The translations under genes were made by a program, and so were the position numbers. The notes below the pieces were generated by a model that was not told the origin of the DNA, ran no database searches, and saw nothing but the letters and a program-made list of their open reading frames with translations. This document shows, piece after piece, positions 42,601 to 57,600 of a stretch of DNA of 64,000 nt. Each line of letters begins with the position of its first letter. The stretch's first letter is position 1. The stretch is from Candidatus Omnitrophota bacterium (GTDB lineage Bacteria; Omnitrophota; Gorgyraeia; Duberdicusellales; 4484-171): the NCBI GenBank assembly GCA_041652815.1, contig JBAZGN010000002.1, positions 8,209 through 72,208 of the forward strand, written 5' to 3'.

Positions 42601-45600
42601 GAGGTTTTCTTGCCGGATGCCAAAGATAGAGCGCTGCATCAAGAGCTTACTGCGAAATTATTAAGCCAGCTGAAATCTGTTATTGGCATGCTTGATTTAA
42701 CCCAAGTGGCATCTGTGAGTATTGGCGCACCAGGAATCTTTCCTGAACAAGGGCCGGTTAAACTTGCCTATAATCTTCCTACAACCAGAGTTGATGTTTC
42801 CGGTTTATTGGGCAGCCACTTTTCCTTACCTATATATATGGGCAATGACGTTAGCTGCGCAGGTGTAGGTGAAATTGTATCCGGAGCCGGCAAAGGGCAT
42901 AAGATGATTTTCGCTCTTAATGTAGGCACTGGCCTTAATATGTCTTTGGTCGAGGAAGCTTCCTCAAGCCCTACAGTGCATTCTTATGGCCTTTTTGTGG
43001 GAGATATGATTTATCCTCATAAAATAGGACAAGAGCTTCCCACAAGCTATAGAGATATTAAAAGGGAAGAAAAAGACAACGCGATGATAGTTGTTCCCAT
43101 TGAGTGGATTGAATGGATGCTGGGAGAGCTTAAAAAGAAAGGAGTCATTCCGAGCACTAATTTTGGCGGACCAGCCAATGCTACTACCTCTATTTTAGCA
43201 GTCTTAGGAGATAATGTAATTTTGGTTGCTCCTTATGGAGATGATGAACCGGGCTATCAGAATATGGTGTATCTTGGGCGCATTGGCGTGGATACCCGGT
43301 TTATGCCGTTTCTCGGTAAAAAGATAATGAGCGCCGCTAATCTGATTAGGAATTTACAAATTGGCGTTGATAAAAGTGGTAACGAGGTTTATGCCAAGGA
43401 CTATGCACTTTCACTTGACCCCATCCTCGGTTTTGCCTATTCACAATCGCGCGCCTTGGACACACTTACCCAAGGTGATATTGTTCATTTAGGAGGCATG
43501 GACCTTGTCTTATCTTCTCAGGAAGAAAAAATTCCAGAATTTTATCAAGCCGCCATTAGTGAGATGGTTAGAGTTGCAGCAGGAGCAAAGCAAAGAGGCG
43601 CCTTGGTGGTAGCTGATTTTTGTATGGGAGACCCGCTTTTCTGGAAGACGGTGCCGGATAGTTTCTTTAAGAATGTTGATGTAGTGAAACCGAGCGTTGA
43701 CCAGGCAATTGGTATCTATAACAGCCGTCATCAGCACAAGCTCGTGCTTGACCCCCGTGATAAAAGCGTGCTTTTTACAAAATATAGTAGTGAGCTTCTC
43801 AATATTCAGCGTTTCTTGTTGGAATTAGGATTTGGTGCAGTTTTTATGACTCTGGATGTGAGCGGAACCATTATCTCAGCAGGAGAAAATAGTATTTTTG
43901 GCAAAGTAGAACCAGAACACATACCGATTGTCCCGGCAAGAAAATTTGTTGATGGCACAGGTTGTGGCGATGGCTTTGTGTCAGGGATGATCCATAGTAT
44001 GTTGAACAAGTGGAATATGCGCCGCGCTGTTCAATTTGCTACCTTAATTGGAAGCCTTATTGCTGAGCGGCCAGGAGTCACTATCGAAGAAGAGTATTTA
44101 GGGAAAGGCAAATGGTTACCTGTTGTCGAGGCACGCTTAGCAGAGGTTGTTGCCTCTTCAAGCCCCACCCCCAATGTAAGTAGAGAGGAGAGAGGAGAGA
44201 GTAAAGAGATAAAAAGAATAATGAGCGAAGGGGGTAGGACGTGGAACGTAGAGCATAGAGCGAAAAGCTATCGAGTGTCATCTCCAACAACATATAAGTC
44301 ACGCCTTAGGAGATTACTCGAAAATTCGAGTCTAGAAAAATGTTTCATCGATAAGCTCCTTGGCGCTGTCGCACGTAAAAAAGATGCTCAAAGGATTGGC
44401 GCAGCCTTTATCTCTTTGGTTGATTCTTTCACAGTTGCAGGAGTAGAGATGGAGCATATCGGCAGCATTATTGATGCTATCGCAGGCAAAAAAGACGCTC
44501 AAGGGTCCGCCGTAAGATTACAAGCGGCGGGAACTCCTGAAATATTCGCCGGCCTTCAGAGCTCGCTTACCAACGAAGGAGAATACCTATATCAGGGTGA
44601 GATCTTTGAAGTCATCGCACGCAAAAAAGATGCTCGAGAGATTGCCGAGGCCTTTATTCCCATCGTCGATTCCCTGAGGGTTGAAACGATAGACATAACT
44701 AACGTTGTTTATTTTGAGTATTGTGTAGAGGGTATTCTTCGAGCCATCGCAGGCAAAAAAGACGCTCCAAAGAATGCCAAGAAGATATCATACATTGCTA
44801 GTAAATTACAGAGGCATGTATTGCAAACTAAAGAGAGAGAGTCTAGGCAGAGAAAAGTTAAGGGAGAATTTAGTCGTAGCTTAGGGTATTTTCCAGATGG
44901 GGGTAGCTTTTTTGTAGTTTCCTATAGGATGGGCTATTACATCGTCCTTACCAATACCCATGTGGTACATACAGCAAGACAACTTCGACTTCTTACCCAT
45001 ACAGGCGAGGAAATAGGCATTGCTAAGGTAGGTATACACAATAGAGAACCGCATCTTTCTAAGGATGGCGATATCGCACTCCTGATTATTCACCATAATG
45101 ATGTAAAGTTAGAGCCACTTTCGGATAAGCATTCAGATGGTAAACCGGTTAAGCTTAAACCACTTCCTTTGGTTCCCTTTGAAGAAGGGGAATTTGCTAC
45201 TTTGATAAGCGGAAATAACGACATTATCTCCAGCGGCCTGCTTGGCAGGATAGGAGATACTGTAGCGCTATTGGGTGGGTTTACAGAACCAGGAGACAGT
45301 GGTTCTCCCTATGTTGTTGAACGCAAAGGAGGCCTCTGTGTGGCAGCCATACATGCACAGTTAGGCCCTATAGGGATGCTGCTTAATGAAAAAATGAAAG
45401 CTGAAATGTTAAGGGCTTTAGAGGAAGATACTTCAGATATCTTTGAAGCAAATCCAATTTCTCAAGAAGAAAAGTTAGCATCCCGCTTATTCTTAGAAAC
45501 TATTCCAACTTCCGCCTCCTCAAGCCCGGCTTCTGAAAAGTGGAAACCGGAGATAACTTATGATATCGAAGGCTGGGAGAATATTGAACGCGTATTAGCT

Positions 45601-48600
45601 TATAGAGGCGTGAGAGTAAATGATATAAGGGGTTTATTAGCTTTAAGGCAAAAGCATCCAGGTGCTTCGGCAAAAATAACAAGAGAGGATATCGATTACC
45701 GTCATCACGTTATTGCTGTTCAAGCGAATAAAACCGATGTTGCAGGACGTGTTACACAGGCAGCGATTTATCTTTTTAGAATTATATCGAAAGGCAATAG
45801 GAAAAGAAATCTTTTACCAATTTCTTTCGAGGCAGGTAATGGTTCTGGCCGCGGCCTCTTGGTGCGACTACACGAATTTGAAGCTAAAGGGCAATTTGAG
45901 ATATTTCAGACCAGAATTAAAGAGATACCTTTAGTAATGTGTATGGTTCCGCAGGAAGCGGAAAATGTTTTAGCTCTATATGATGCACTTACCGGAAAGA
46001 TCTATAGAGGCCCTGCAGGTGAAGCATTCTATCGCAGCCCCCATGAAAAGATTCTTAACTTTAGGCCTTACGTTTTAGGCGAAACAGGTTTAGGCGTTGT
46101 ACTCACTACCGCCTCTTTTTTAGCTACTTTTGATGATGAACGAATTGAAATAAAAGCAAGTTCTTCATTGCAAAGCACAGAAAATAATAGCATTTCTGCG
46201 AAACCAGTAGATGCCGTCTCCTCAAGCCCCATCTTCTCGAAAAATATTTACACCTTAACGAAAGCCAATAATCTTATCCAGGGAATAGAAAATCAACAGG
46301 CAGGCTCGCCGATTGGTAATGGAGAAAACGGCAAAGATACGCACGAGGCGCGTTTATTTTCAAGATATAGGCCAGTATTCTTAGCCGCTGACAAATTAGA
46401 CCATCATTATCTGCCCAGAGTCGGCCGTCTCTTGAGGCGGCAGGGGCTTGAAGCAATGTTTGAGTATTTGGGAACGGTAAATATTATACGCGGGCCGCCG
46501 GAATTATTTGCAGAATTAAAGAAAATAGGTTTGGATAAAAATGCACTTACCTGGGTAGATGCCGATTCTGCTAAATGGATTGTTCTTCATAGCAATCTCT
46601 ATGAATCTCGAAAAATAATAAAACATGTTGCGCGTTCTTTAGGCATTCTTTTCGGCCTTGCCCCTAATTCAGCTGACCGTTTTAAAAGATTAGGAACTAA
46701 TGGTTTTTCAAATGGGGATAGAGAGCGTTTGTCAAGGTTTGTAGATAGAATAATTCAGAATTCTTTTTTATCTGTGGCAGGTAAGTCTTTAAAATCCGAA
46801 TTCTCAGACCCCGCCTCCTCAAGCCTCACAGTTATTAAGATTGCCACTTCTGAGGCGTTAAGAAATATTGGATTAGCCATCGAAAGTCAGTGCCCGCAAA
46901 TAGATAGTCTTGCCGCAGGAGTAACAGAAACTAAAGTGGCGTTTGAGCCGCGTTTTGGGTTTGTGCGCGTAGAACTTTCAGAGGTGGCATGGGTTTTTAT
47001 TTACAGCGATGGCAGAGTATTTTCCCGGGTTACCTACGATATATATGACCACAGATTCGCCGAGCAGCCTCTTAGGCCGGATATGTTCACGAGTTTAATC
47101 ACAGAACTTATAACTATCTTTCAGCAGTTGCAAGAACCAGATAGTGCTTTGGTTGAATTCTTAAGGGATGCCTCTCTGGTGCGGGAACAATATCTTAAGA
47201 TGTTTAACGCTACGCCGGAGTTTCTCCCTTATGGTAGGAGGAGCGATTGTATTGAATTATATGACCTTCAAGGAGCGCACTATAGTGTGCGTTTAGAGGG
47301 CAGCATTTTCAAGAATAACGAAGCCGTTCCTCCGCAAAAAGATAATATTGACCTTAAGTATTTATTTAGGAGGATGCGCCAAGCCGCCCAAATTCCAGCT
47401 CAACAAAATATGATTCTACACAACTATCCAAGTATGTTGCAGGAGTGGGTCGAGATACTTAGGCTAAGGAGGTATATGCGGGCAATGGGAGTGAGCTGCT
47501 TTGAAGATTTGCCTCAGGTAGATTCATTCGGAGGAGTTACCTTTAAGACCCCCAAAGGTCGGATTAGTTTTAATAGTCATAGTGGAGAAATATCTTTAGC
47601 TTCGTTTTCTGCTTCTTTGACAAAATCAGAATGGCGAAGATTGCGAAGATTAATTAAGGTCGCGGGTAGATTTGACCGTAGAATTACTACAACTTGGCTA
47701 GAAACTTTACAGCAAAGGCGTATTATTCAACGGCAAGGTTTTCGTGAACCTAAAGATGTGCCTGTGTTTCATTACGGATTAGGTATTGAAGTATTAACTC
47801 CTGACCAGAGAAGATTTACAGCTCACCACGACGGTAAGATTAGAGTAAAAGAGTCTGTCGTAGAAAGGCCGGCTACCTTGCAAGAAATTAGATATGTAGA
47901 AAGGTTTATTCTCAGAGCAGAGCCTTTGCGTGCGGGTATTGTTGCTTTTTGGCGCCAAATTCTCGCTGAACGCGCCCGCCTTGAAGAATTAGGATTTAAG
48001 TCTGCTGAAGGTATGCCGCAACTGCATTTAGATGAAATTGCGCTAACCCAACTGTCTCGCCCCGCGGTTACTTTCACCAAAAGCGGTATTGTCAAAAGGG
48101 GTGGTGTGGCCGTTTCAGGTCAGGAGGCAAAAGCTGCGCTTTCTGATTTGGATATTCGTATAGAGCGCTTGGCAGATATAGGGTTAACTACTTTCTTTGC
48201 TGAAGCTGTTGAGAGAAGAATTAAAGCTATTGCTGCTGGTTTAGCTGGGCCTGAGTTTATTCCCAGACTGCAAACTGCTATTTCCGGGAAAGAATTGTAC
48301 GGGCTAATGCAAGGCCAGCAAGGGTTTTCGGTGAACTCGCGAGGCGCAATTGCAATAAATGGAGTTATACTGGCCCAGGGCGCCTTAGAAAATCTTGTGG
48401 CTTGGATTGATGATGCAGTGCGTTTATCTCGTGCACTTGAAGACGCAGATCCAGCGGTTGCTGAATTTTGGGATAAAGCCAAAACATTTCGCAGGCGCGC
48501 GCAATTATTTGGCTTTAGCAATCCTAATACAGTGCCTCGACGCATCCAAAACCAAGAAGTATTTGTAGTCAAAGGCATTGCCTCGCAGGGTTTCCACATA

Positions 48601-51600
48601 CAAGATGAGATAGTTATTCCTCTGTACGGCCAAGACTACTATGTTAATTCTTCGGGAGAAGTTATGGTGGTGCCTACAATCCAGCCTAAGCTTCCGTATC
48701 CGGCTTTTCTTGTCCGGATAGGAAGAGAAATCCCCCAGCGTTTATTTGAAGTTATGGATAATGTGATGGGTAGAGCCATAATGTTTGACCAGAGTTTTAG
48801 GGTGTTCTGGGAGAGTGTCAAGCGGCAACGCAGCAGGCGCCTATTTGCTTCCAGCCCTGCCTCGCTTATTGTTGAAATATTAGACTGCAATTATTCTCTT
48901 AGTATAGAGAAACGTAATGACGGCGCTTGGTTCCATTTATCTGATGCACAAGATGAACCAGCGGGATTTGTTTATTTTCGTTTAGAAGCATTTTCAAGGA
49001 ACGCTGAATTTGGAGGAATTTGGATACATAGAGATTTAAGAGGGCAACATTTAAGCAATGCGCTTTTTTATGTATACTTTAATTATTTACGTGATTCTAA
49101 GTACACGCCCACCGAAGACCATCTTACTACAACAGACAGCTACTCCTTAGAGGTTTATTACGAAGCAAAAATGAAGTATTATTTTAAAAACGCACCGCCC
49201 CCATTTAAGATAGTTAAGGGAAAGTTAGATTTTGCTATTTCAAGCCCCACCCCGCAAGAAGATTACAACGTCACGAGATTGCCAGTCCCCGGTTCGCCCA
49301 GTAAAACCGTAAATAAAGGTTTCCCCCAGATTTTAAGTCATTTACCTCCTGAAAGTAAGATGACTAAGATTGTTGCTACTATCGGCCCGGCAACTGAACA
49401 AGAAGAAGCTTTAGAAAATATAATCTTAGCCGGTGTAAATGTAGCCCGGATTAATTTCTCTCACGTTAAAGAAGGAGATTACCAGTCCAAGGAAGAACTT
49501 ATTACCCGCATTAGGTCAGTGGCACAGAGATTAGGCCGGCCCATCACTATTTTAGGAGATTTGCAGGGGCCAAAGATTCGGGTGAGCGGTAACTTTCAGG
49601 CAATGCATGTTGTGCCGCAAGAAATAGTATTTGTAATAAGCGAAACTGATGTTTCTTCTTTTCAAGATCAAAAAGCAATCTCAGTGGATTATCCAAAAGT
49701 TGTCTCCGAGGCAGATATCGGCAATAGAGTCCTGATTGAGGATGGAAAGATTAGGCTTTACGTTGTAGATAAAGAGCAGAGACGATTAAAATGCAGAGTC
49801 GAAGTAGGAGGGGAAATAAAACCAAGAAAAGGCGTAAATCTTCCTGATAGCAAGCTATCAATGAGATCGCTGACAGGAAAAGATATTAGAGATTTAGAGT
49901 TTGCCGTAACTCAGGCGCACGTTGATATTGTGGCTCTTTCCTTTGTGCGTTCAAAAGAGGATATCTTAGACCTTAAGCGGGAATTGAATAGGTTAAATCA
50001 ATCAGACTTTCCAATTATGGCTAAGATTGAAACTCCACAAGCAGTAGCCAACATTAACGAGATTCTTACTGAGGTTTTTGCAATTATGGTAGCCAGAGGA
50101 GATCTAGCTGTCGAAACGCGCTTAGAAGATGTGCCGAATATCCAAAGAGAACTAGTAGAGAAAGCCATCGTTCAAGGAATTCCAGTAGTAGTGGCTACCC
50201 AGATGTTAGATTCTATGGAACGTAACGCCACTGCTACCAGGGCAGAGGCGACTGATATTAATACCGCAGTTATTCAAGGAGCAGATGCAGTAATGCTTTC
50301 CGGAGAAACCTCAACCGGAAGCTATCCGGTAGAAGCAGTAAAAACCATGACCAGCATTGCTAAAGCAGCTGAGCAGGCTAATAGCTTACGGCCACAATTA
50401 CCTTTGCAGACAGGAGCTTTAGCCAAGACAATCTCTGAAGCAATTACTCGTTTGGCTTATAGCGTACCCCAACATCTCTTTGATGTAAAAGATTTGGTAG
50501 TGTTTACTAGATTCGGCACTTCAGCCAGGCGAATGGCTCAATTAAGGCCACACGTACCTATCATTGCTATTACGCCTTTAGAACTTACGGCTCGGCTGTT
50601 GAATCTATTGCGTGGTGTTTATCCGGTATGGGTTAGCCATGAGCCGGATGATTTAGGTGAGTTCGTACATTATGCCACTTCTGTGGCCAGAGGAATACTG
50701 AGAGAACAAATTCTTCAGCCAGCTAACGGCCATTTCTATGTTTCTCTTACCTATGGTGAACCGGGGAAAACCGGTACCTCCAATAAGTTAGAAATAATTG
50801 ATCTTGCCGAAGGTGCCTCCTCAAGCCCCATCTTTGGCCCGATGAAGATTGGTGGCTTGGCAGAGGTGATGGTGGGCTTGTCAGATGCTTTCGCGCTGCT
50901 CTATCCGCAATTAGCCATCAGCGTAATTACCCATGGCTGTCCGGGCTATACGGGAAAGCTTGTATTTAATCCCCTAACGGAAGTGAAAATTCCTCTTGGC
51001 CAGCAGCTTGAAAATGTTTTGGTAAATAGAGCGCAAGTAAGTAATAGAAATAACCTTACCATTTATACTCTTTCTGCTCTCAACCATCCGGCAATTTCCG
51101 AACGCCCCTATATTGATGAATTTAAAGCAGAGCAGGCAGTTATTTTATCAAGAGGGTCATTAGAGCTGCTCAAATTACTCGGCGCACCAAGCGTCATAAA
51201 TACTCATAACGCCCAGCCGGGATTAATTCCTGCCTATATGCGTATGCATCCGGACTATAGAGAATTCTTTACGCCTACAACAAAGTCAGTTGGCACGTCG
51301 CATAATCGGCATCAGGGCCAATTCGAAAAAGCTAAACTTGCAATAATAGATTTGCCGCAAGAAGTATTACAGTTTGACCCATGGGGCAATATAACTCCTT
51401 TGGGAACAGGAATTAAATTTGCGGATGCCATAACCGCAGTCAGTCCAAAATGGGCAGAAGAGATTCAGGACGATAAGTTTCCATGGCCTATCGATGGCTT
51501 AACGGGATTGTTAAGGTCTAAAGGCGTGCATGGAATACATAACGGCCTTGTTGGAGCAAGAAATGTTGCAGCAAGCCAAGGTTTATTTATCGAACAGGGT

Positions 51601-54600
51601 ATTGAGGCTGTGTTAGCTGCCAAGCGCCAGAAGATGCTGAGCTTGCAGCATGAATTGGGTTTGGAAGAAAAAGCTGACGCTATACTTATTGTTTTAGCTG
51701 CGCGTTTAGACGAACAAAAAGGTCTTTCGTTATTAATACCGATTGCGCGCGAAATACTAAATTATAATCCTCGCGCACAGTTAGTTATTGCCGGAAAAGC
51801 CTATGACATTGCGCAGGTTGAACAGCTTAGGGCAATAGCGCGGGAGCCAGATTTTAGAAGCCGTTTTTATGTCGGAGGAGATTATGCTGATAACTATAAA
51901 TTTTTTGCTGCAGCGCAAATAAACTTAGGGCCTAACGCGTATGCGCCGTTTGACCTGGTGGTAAGAGAAGCAGGGCTTTTAGGGGCGGTTTCTGCTGGGC
52001 TTCGTACAACCGGCGGTTTGGCGGTATTTAAACGGTATAATCCGGCAACCTATGACACATCTACAAATGATGCCTACGCTTTTAGCTTTGATGATTACAA
52101 GCCAGAGCCTTTATTAGAAACAATCAAGCTGGCTATCGATACCTATATCAACCGGCCTGCGCACTGGTTTAATTTAGCCAAACAATGGATGCTGGTGGAT
52201 TATTCCTGGGAGATAGCAGCTCGTCAATATGCCGATACCTTTGCAACAGTAATGGATATGCCTATCGGCAACGCCCGGCATATCGTTTTTGTCGCTCCGG
52301 AATTTAATCCAGATGCGGTTTCATCGCCTCTTAACTTCACTCTCGGTAAAGTGGCAGGGTTTACGCATGGTTTAGTCGGTGAATTTGGCGTACCCCTTAA
52401 ACAGCTTGGAGATGCCTTGAGAACTTTGAGGGTTGTTTCGCCAAATGAGGCGATACAGCACTATGAGGAATTTGATATTTGGCATTGGGGCGGGGATGCT
52501 TTTGTTATGTCGGCAATGGTGATTGTGGATAATAAAGCAGGCCAAACATATGAGCGGAAATTTGTTGCGAAAGCAGTATTAAAATGGCCGATAGTAATGG
52601 TTGCAAATGAATGGATGGAAAAATTTTCTTTGTTAAATAAAATGGGTATTCATATTCCAAGAATCTATTCATATTTCAAGGGCACATTTTATCAGCAGTG
52701 GATTCCTTTTAGTGCGGCAGAAGTATTGGAAAAATCGCAACGCCTGGAGAGAAGGCCGTTTATAGCGCAATTAGCACATATAGCTGCAGTGCTAGATATT
52801 TTTGGTTTTAGCCCGCAAGCTTTTATAGCTGATTTACGTAGCAACGGGAAATATTTTTATTATGTTGATGTAGGGGAAGATTTAGGATGTTCTTCGCTTA
52901 CTCCCGAAACAAAGAGCAGAAGACAATTGCTCGAAGTATTCAGCCAGCAGCCAGAATATAATTTTGCCCAAGAAAAATATGAAAGGGCATCCGGAAAAGT
53001 TGCAAAGCATAAAGAGCAATTAGAGTATCAAGGTTTATTAAAGTGGGATACAATCAGAAGCTGTTATACATTTCTTTCTCTCGATAGGTATTTAAGCCAT
53101 ATAGAAGTTAAGGTTAGCGATTTAATTACTGTAGGTGCCGGTAGTTCCTCGCCTTTATCTCTTTCTGGCGTTCGGGCTTCTACGATCTTGCTTAAAGGCG
53201 GAGAAGACGGCGGATTACGAATAAAAGAAAAAATTATTGAGCATTTATTACCCATCTTAAAAGTTGTTCAAGGCGTAGTCGCCGCGGGAAATATCAGCAA
53301 AGCCATCAAAAGATGGACAGATACGGGCTTCAAATATAGATTTGATGCATTGAGTGAAGATGGCAGTTTGCTTAAGCCGGATATCGAGACAGGCAGAGCG
53401 TTGGTAGCGTTGCACGATAGTCAAGGTTTTATGTCGTGGCTGGCGCAGACGAAAAAGGAATACTCCGGAAATTTAGTATTTGAAAGTTTTGTCTTTTGGG
53501 TTAAATATTATACAAAACCTACACAGCAACTATTGTTATTACCATTCGTCGATCTTCAGGAAATATTAGACTATTTAAGGTTAACTGTTGCTCAGGCCAG
53601 GCAATTATTAAAAGGCCAAGACCCCTTTACTGTGCATTGGCAGAATCTCACTAAAGCAATAATAGTCGGCGCAACCGATGCCGCCGTTGCTCATCAAGGG
53701 AGTTTAAGGAGTATCGTAGCTCAAGAATATCGGGAAGGTGGATTACTTTACGATTTCGCCAGGCGAGCTGCAAATTTTGCTACGGCTGATGCGCCTTTAA
53801 CCATTATGTTTAACGGTTTGCATTGCGCGTCTTACAAGGAATTACCTTTAGAGATTGAACTTATGGAGAATGAAGATAGGTGTTCATTCAAGCAAATGCT
53901 AACGAGTTCACCGCTATCTATATTCAGCCAAATTCCGGCTATAATTGTTGCCGGGCCATCTGGCGTAGGAAAGTCTACTTTTATAAACGAGATTTTAGAA
54001 AGTTACCCCCATAGATTTATTATGCCTACTTTAACTACTACCAGAAAGCCAAGAATACCTGAACCCGGCAAGGCAGATGATAAATACAGGCGATGTATAA
54101 GTGTTGAGCAATTTGAACGGGAAATGCCCGGTATGATGTTAGTAAGAGAAAGCCATGGCCGCTCGCATTTTTATGGTTACCGAGAAGAAGAGCTTTTAAG
54201 ATGCCGTGAAAAATTACAGGAGCGTAATGGAGCTTTGATCTTCGATACTACCTCGATAAGAGGGATTAACCTTATTCAGGAAGAATTCCCCAAGAATAAA
54301 GTAATCGCCATAGTCCCAGTTTCGTTCGAGAACCTCGTTACATTGTTAAAGATTCCTTTTGGCGAAGTGGCAATTAAAGGCATCCTTCGCAGGAGAATTG
54401 ATGAAAGAAAGATGGATCCTGAAGAACGAGAGCTGCGCTTGGAAGAGGCTATCAAGGCATTGGGAGAATTTTCGAATATAAAGGAAACATTCCACGCAAT
54501 TATCGTCAACGGCGACATAAAAGAATTAAATTCAAATCATCATTTGTTTAGGCAAGCTGTATTTTCTGCTACCAGTTCACCCATTTGGCTAGATGCTAAA

Positions 54601-57600
54601 GAAGAATTCGATAGGCTTTTATCCGAAAGGCCGGTACAGCTGCAGTTACAAGCTGCTTCATTATTCGATGCTCAGGATTTAAAGGTTGAATTGGTTGCAA
54701 ACGCTAATTTCTTTAGAGTGCGGGGAACAAGAAATAGCTTAAGGGTAAGTTTACGTGAATTAGCCGATACAAAAGAAAGAGAGTTAGTGAGGTTAAGCGA
54801 TTTTATCTTTGCTTTTGCCGAGGCACAATTTATTAGAAGCATTTCAGATTATAATAGTTCAGGAGCTTTGGATATCTACGCAAACTACCATTTCAGCCGT
54901 ATTGTTATAGAAAGTATTGCTATTTTGACTTTGCAGGAATCGGCAAGAGCAGAAGAACTCAATAACTATCTGACAGGAAGGCGTGATTACTATACAAGGG
55001 ATTTTGCCCTGCATAGTGATATGAATATTGAAGAGCGCGTGGCAGATCTTTTCGGCCAAGGGCTTAAAGCCAGAATTCTTAAATGGTTTACCAGGGCAAT
55101 ATATTTCGGGTTAACTGATTTAGCAGATGAGATTTATGCTTGTGCCTTAAAGCACGGCGGATTGCAGTTGGCCGCTCTTAGGAAGGTCGGGAATTTTTAT
55201 GTAAATCAAATCAGGAATATTAACACTAAGGATGAGATTTTAGCCAGGCTTAATACCTTTGATTGGGAAAGTATAGCACGTTTGACAAGCGATTATTTAC
55301 GTTGCGGAGTATTACTTCCGGCTAATGTTACCCCCTATGAAAGAGGCTTGGTAATAGATTTGTTAAATCATCATCCGGCAAAATTCAGATTAGATAAATG
55401 GGGACAGGATTCATCTTTGCAACCTTCTAATACTGCTAATAAAGAAATAGCGCTTAGAATACCTGAAAGCCAAGAAGAGGCTTTAGATGGCTTAGTCGAA
55501 AAAGGAATTGTTGTTTCTCAAGATGGACTTTTTGGTTTAGCCCCTGATTGGCTTGATTTTGTAGTGGCCAACAGTCAGATAGAGGCTTCCAGCCCGGCAC
55601 AGTATATTCATTGGAACCGGCAGCCTAAAGTAGAAGAATACCTAAGAAGACTAGGTGTGCGATATGACAACGACGGAGAATTCCCCGAAGCCACCTTCCC
55701 TTATAGCCACAACATTTTTGAAAAATGGAAGTTGTATAACTTACCGGGTAAATCAATATGGTCTGTGTTGTTTATTTGGGGCGGGGTAATATTAGGCGAT
55801 GCAACTCTTTATCTCGGAGACAAGAATTTGTCAATATCCACGTGCGAGCTTAAGCCTTTTTATGGCGGAATAGGAATCAGAACGGAAATGACAGCACGAG
55901 TATATTTACGGGGTATGCAGATTAGCCGGTTGCTTGGATTTCCTGCAATTGAAGAACTGCACAGATATTATACTTCCGCAGTAGATTTATCAGCGATGGA
56001 ACTGGAGCGGCATTTGATAGAAATGCTCAATAAATTCGGATTTAAAAGATGCCGTCATTTTGACTATATTAACCGAATGGGAAGGGGTTGTATGAAAGTT
56101 ACGCCGCAAGAATTTATGTTTAATGTTGCGCGCCGCGGACGTGATTTATTCTATGAATACAAAGCTAAAAAGGCCCAAGCGCAAATCGCTTGGAATGAAT
56201 TTAATTGGCAGAAAGCAGATGAAATTAAGAAGGCAAACGACACAATTGCCCTTAGGCTGATAACCAATCGTCTCGAAAGAAGAGGCTTTAAGCCCAATGA
56301 TGCCAGTATCGAAGAAGCTTTCAATGATTTTACCCCTTTTACCAGCGCAGCCAGCTCACCTATTTATACAGAAATTTTTCTTTTAGAACGATATAAAAAG
56401 ATTGTCGTGGGCACTCAAAACCCCATTCTTATCAACATTGTTGCTATCAATAAAAATGGCAGAGAAGCCGACGTGATTGTTTCAAGGAGCCATGAGAGCG
56501 ATAGGTTAGTTCCTGTTTCTAGATTTAAAGAAACAGTTATTGACCAAACAGAGAAAATTTCCCTGCAATTGATACAGAGCCAAAGACAGCTGTTACCTGT
56601 GCGTCAAGGCTTAACTAGCCGGATGGAAATGAGAAGTGAAAATTTATTACGGGTTATAACGCCTCAGGGGATTGAGGTTAAAGAAGATGACCCTCTTTTG
56701 AAAGAAATTCCAGTAGACGGTGGATTAATTTTAATGCGAAGCAAAGAAGACATTGGAGAAGCAAATATAAAAAGAAGGCAGTTTGCGGTTGGCGGATATA
56801 ATTTTGAAGTCACGGGTATCTGTTCAGAGCCGTATATGCTTTTTGTAAAAGACGGAGAAAGGTTATTAATGTTGCCTAAGGGCGATGTAAGGATAGTTAG
56901 AAAAGGTATTTGGTTTAAGTTTGTCGGTTCAGACAGTGGCCGTCATGAGGATAACCCGCGAATACAAATTTTTGCTCCCGGTATGCCTATCGATAGGCCA
57001 GATATAAAGAGCGGCGCGAAACCCAACCATTCCTCCAGCCCTATTTCGGTGGCAGTCATCGGCGATATCCATTCGAAATTTGGAAACTTAACAAAAATTT
57101 TAGAAGACAAAAATAAAAGAGGTGTCGGGAAAACTATATTTTTAGGCGATTATTTAGATAGAGGAAAAGACAGCCGGGCAACAATGTCTTTGGTAAGGCG
57201 CGAAGCCGATAACGGCGCAGTTATGCTTTGGGGTAATCATGAGTTAATTTCTGTTGAAGCCGCTAAAGGAGACCAGCAATCGTTTACAGATTGGCTTACT
57301 AATGGAGGAATTGCAACTGTAAGGGATGTTACGCAGAAAGATGATTTTACGAACCAATTATCCGATAAGGCAGACAGATATAAAATCTTGCGTGATAGGA
57401 TAAGAAATCCATCCGAATCCGACGAATTTATTGATTTATCTGAAGAGCTAAGGCAGATTCAGGAAGAACTTTTGCAAACTGAGCCATTTTTTATCGAATT
57501 AAATAGTTGGTATATTCAAAACCTGAGGCTTTACCATCATGATGCATTGAGCAATTTCTACATTCATGCAGGCCTACCGCGTTGCCGCTTAGGCCAGCTT

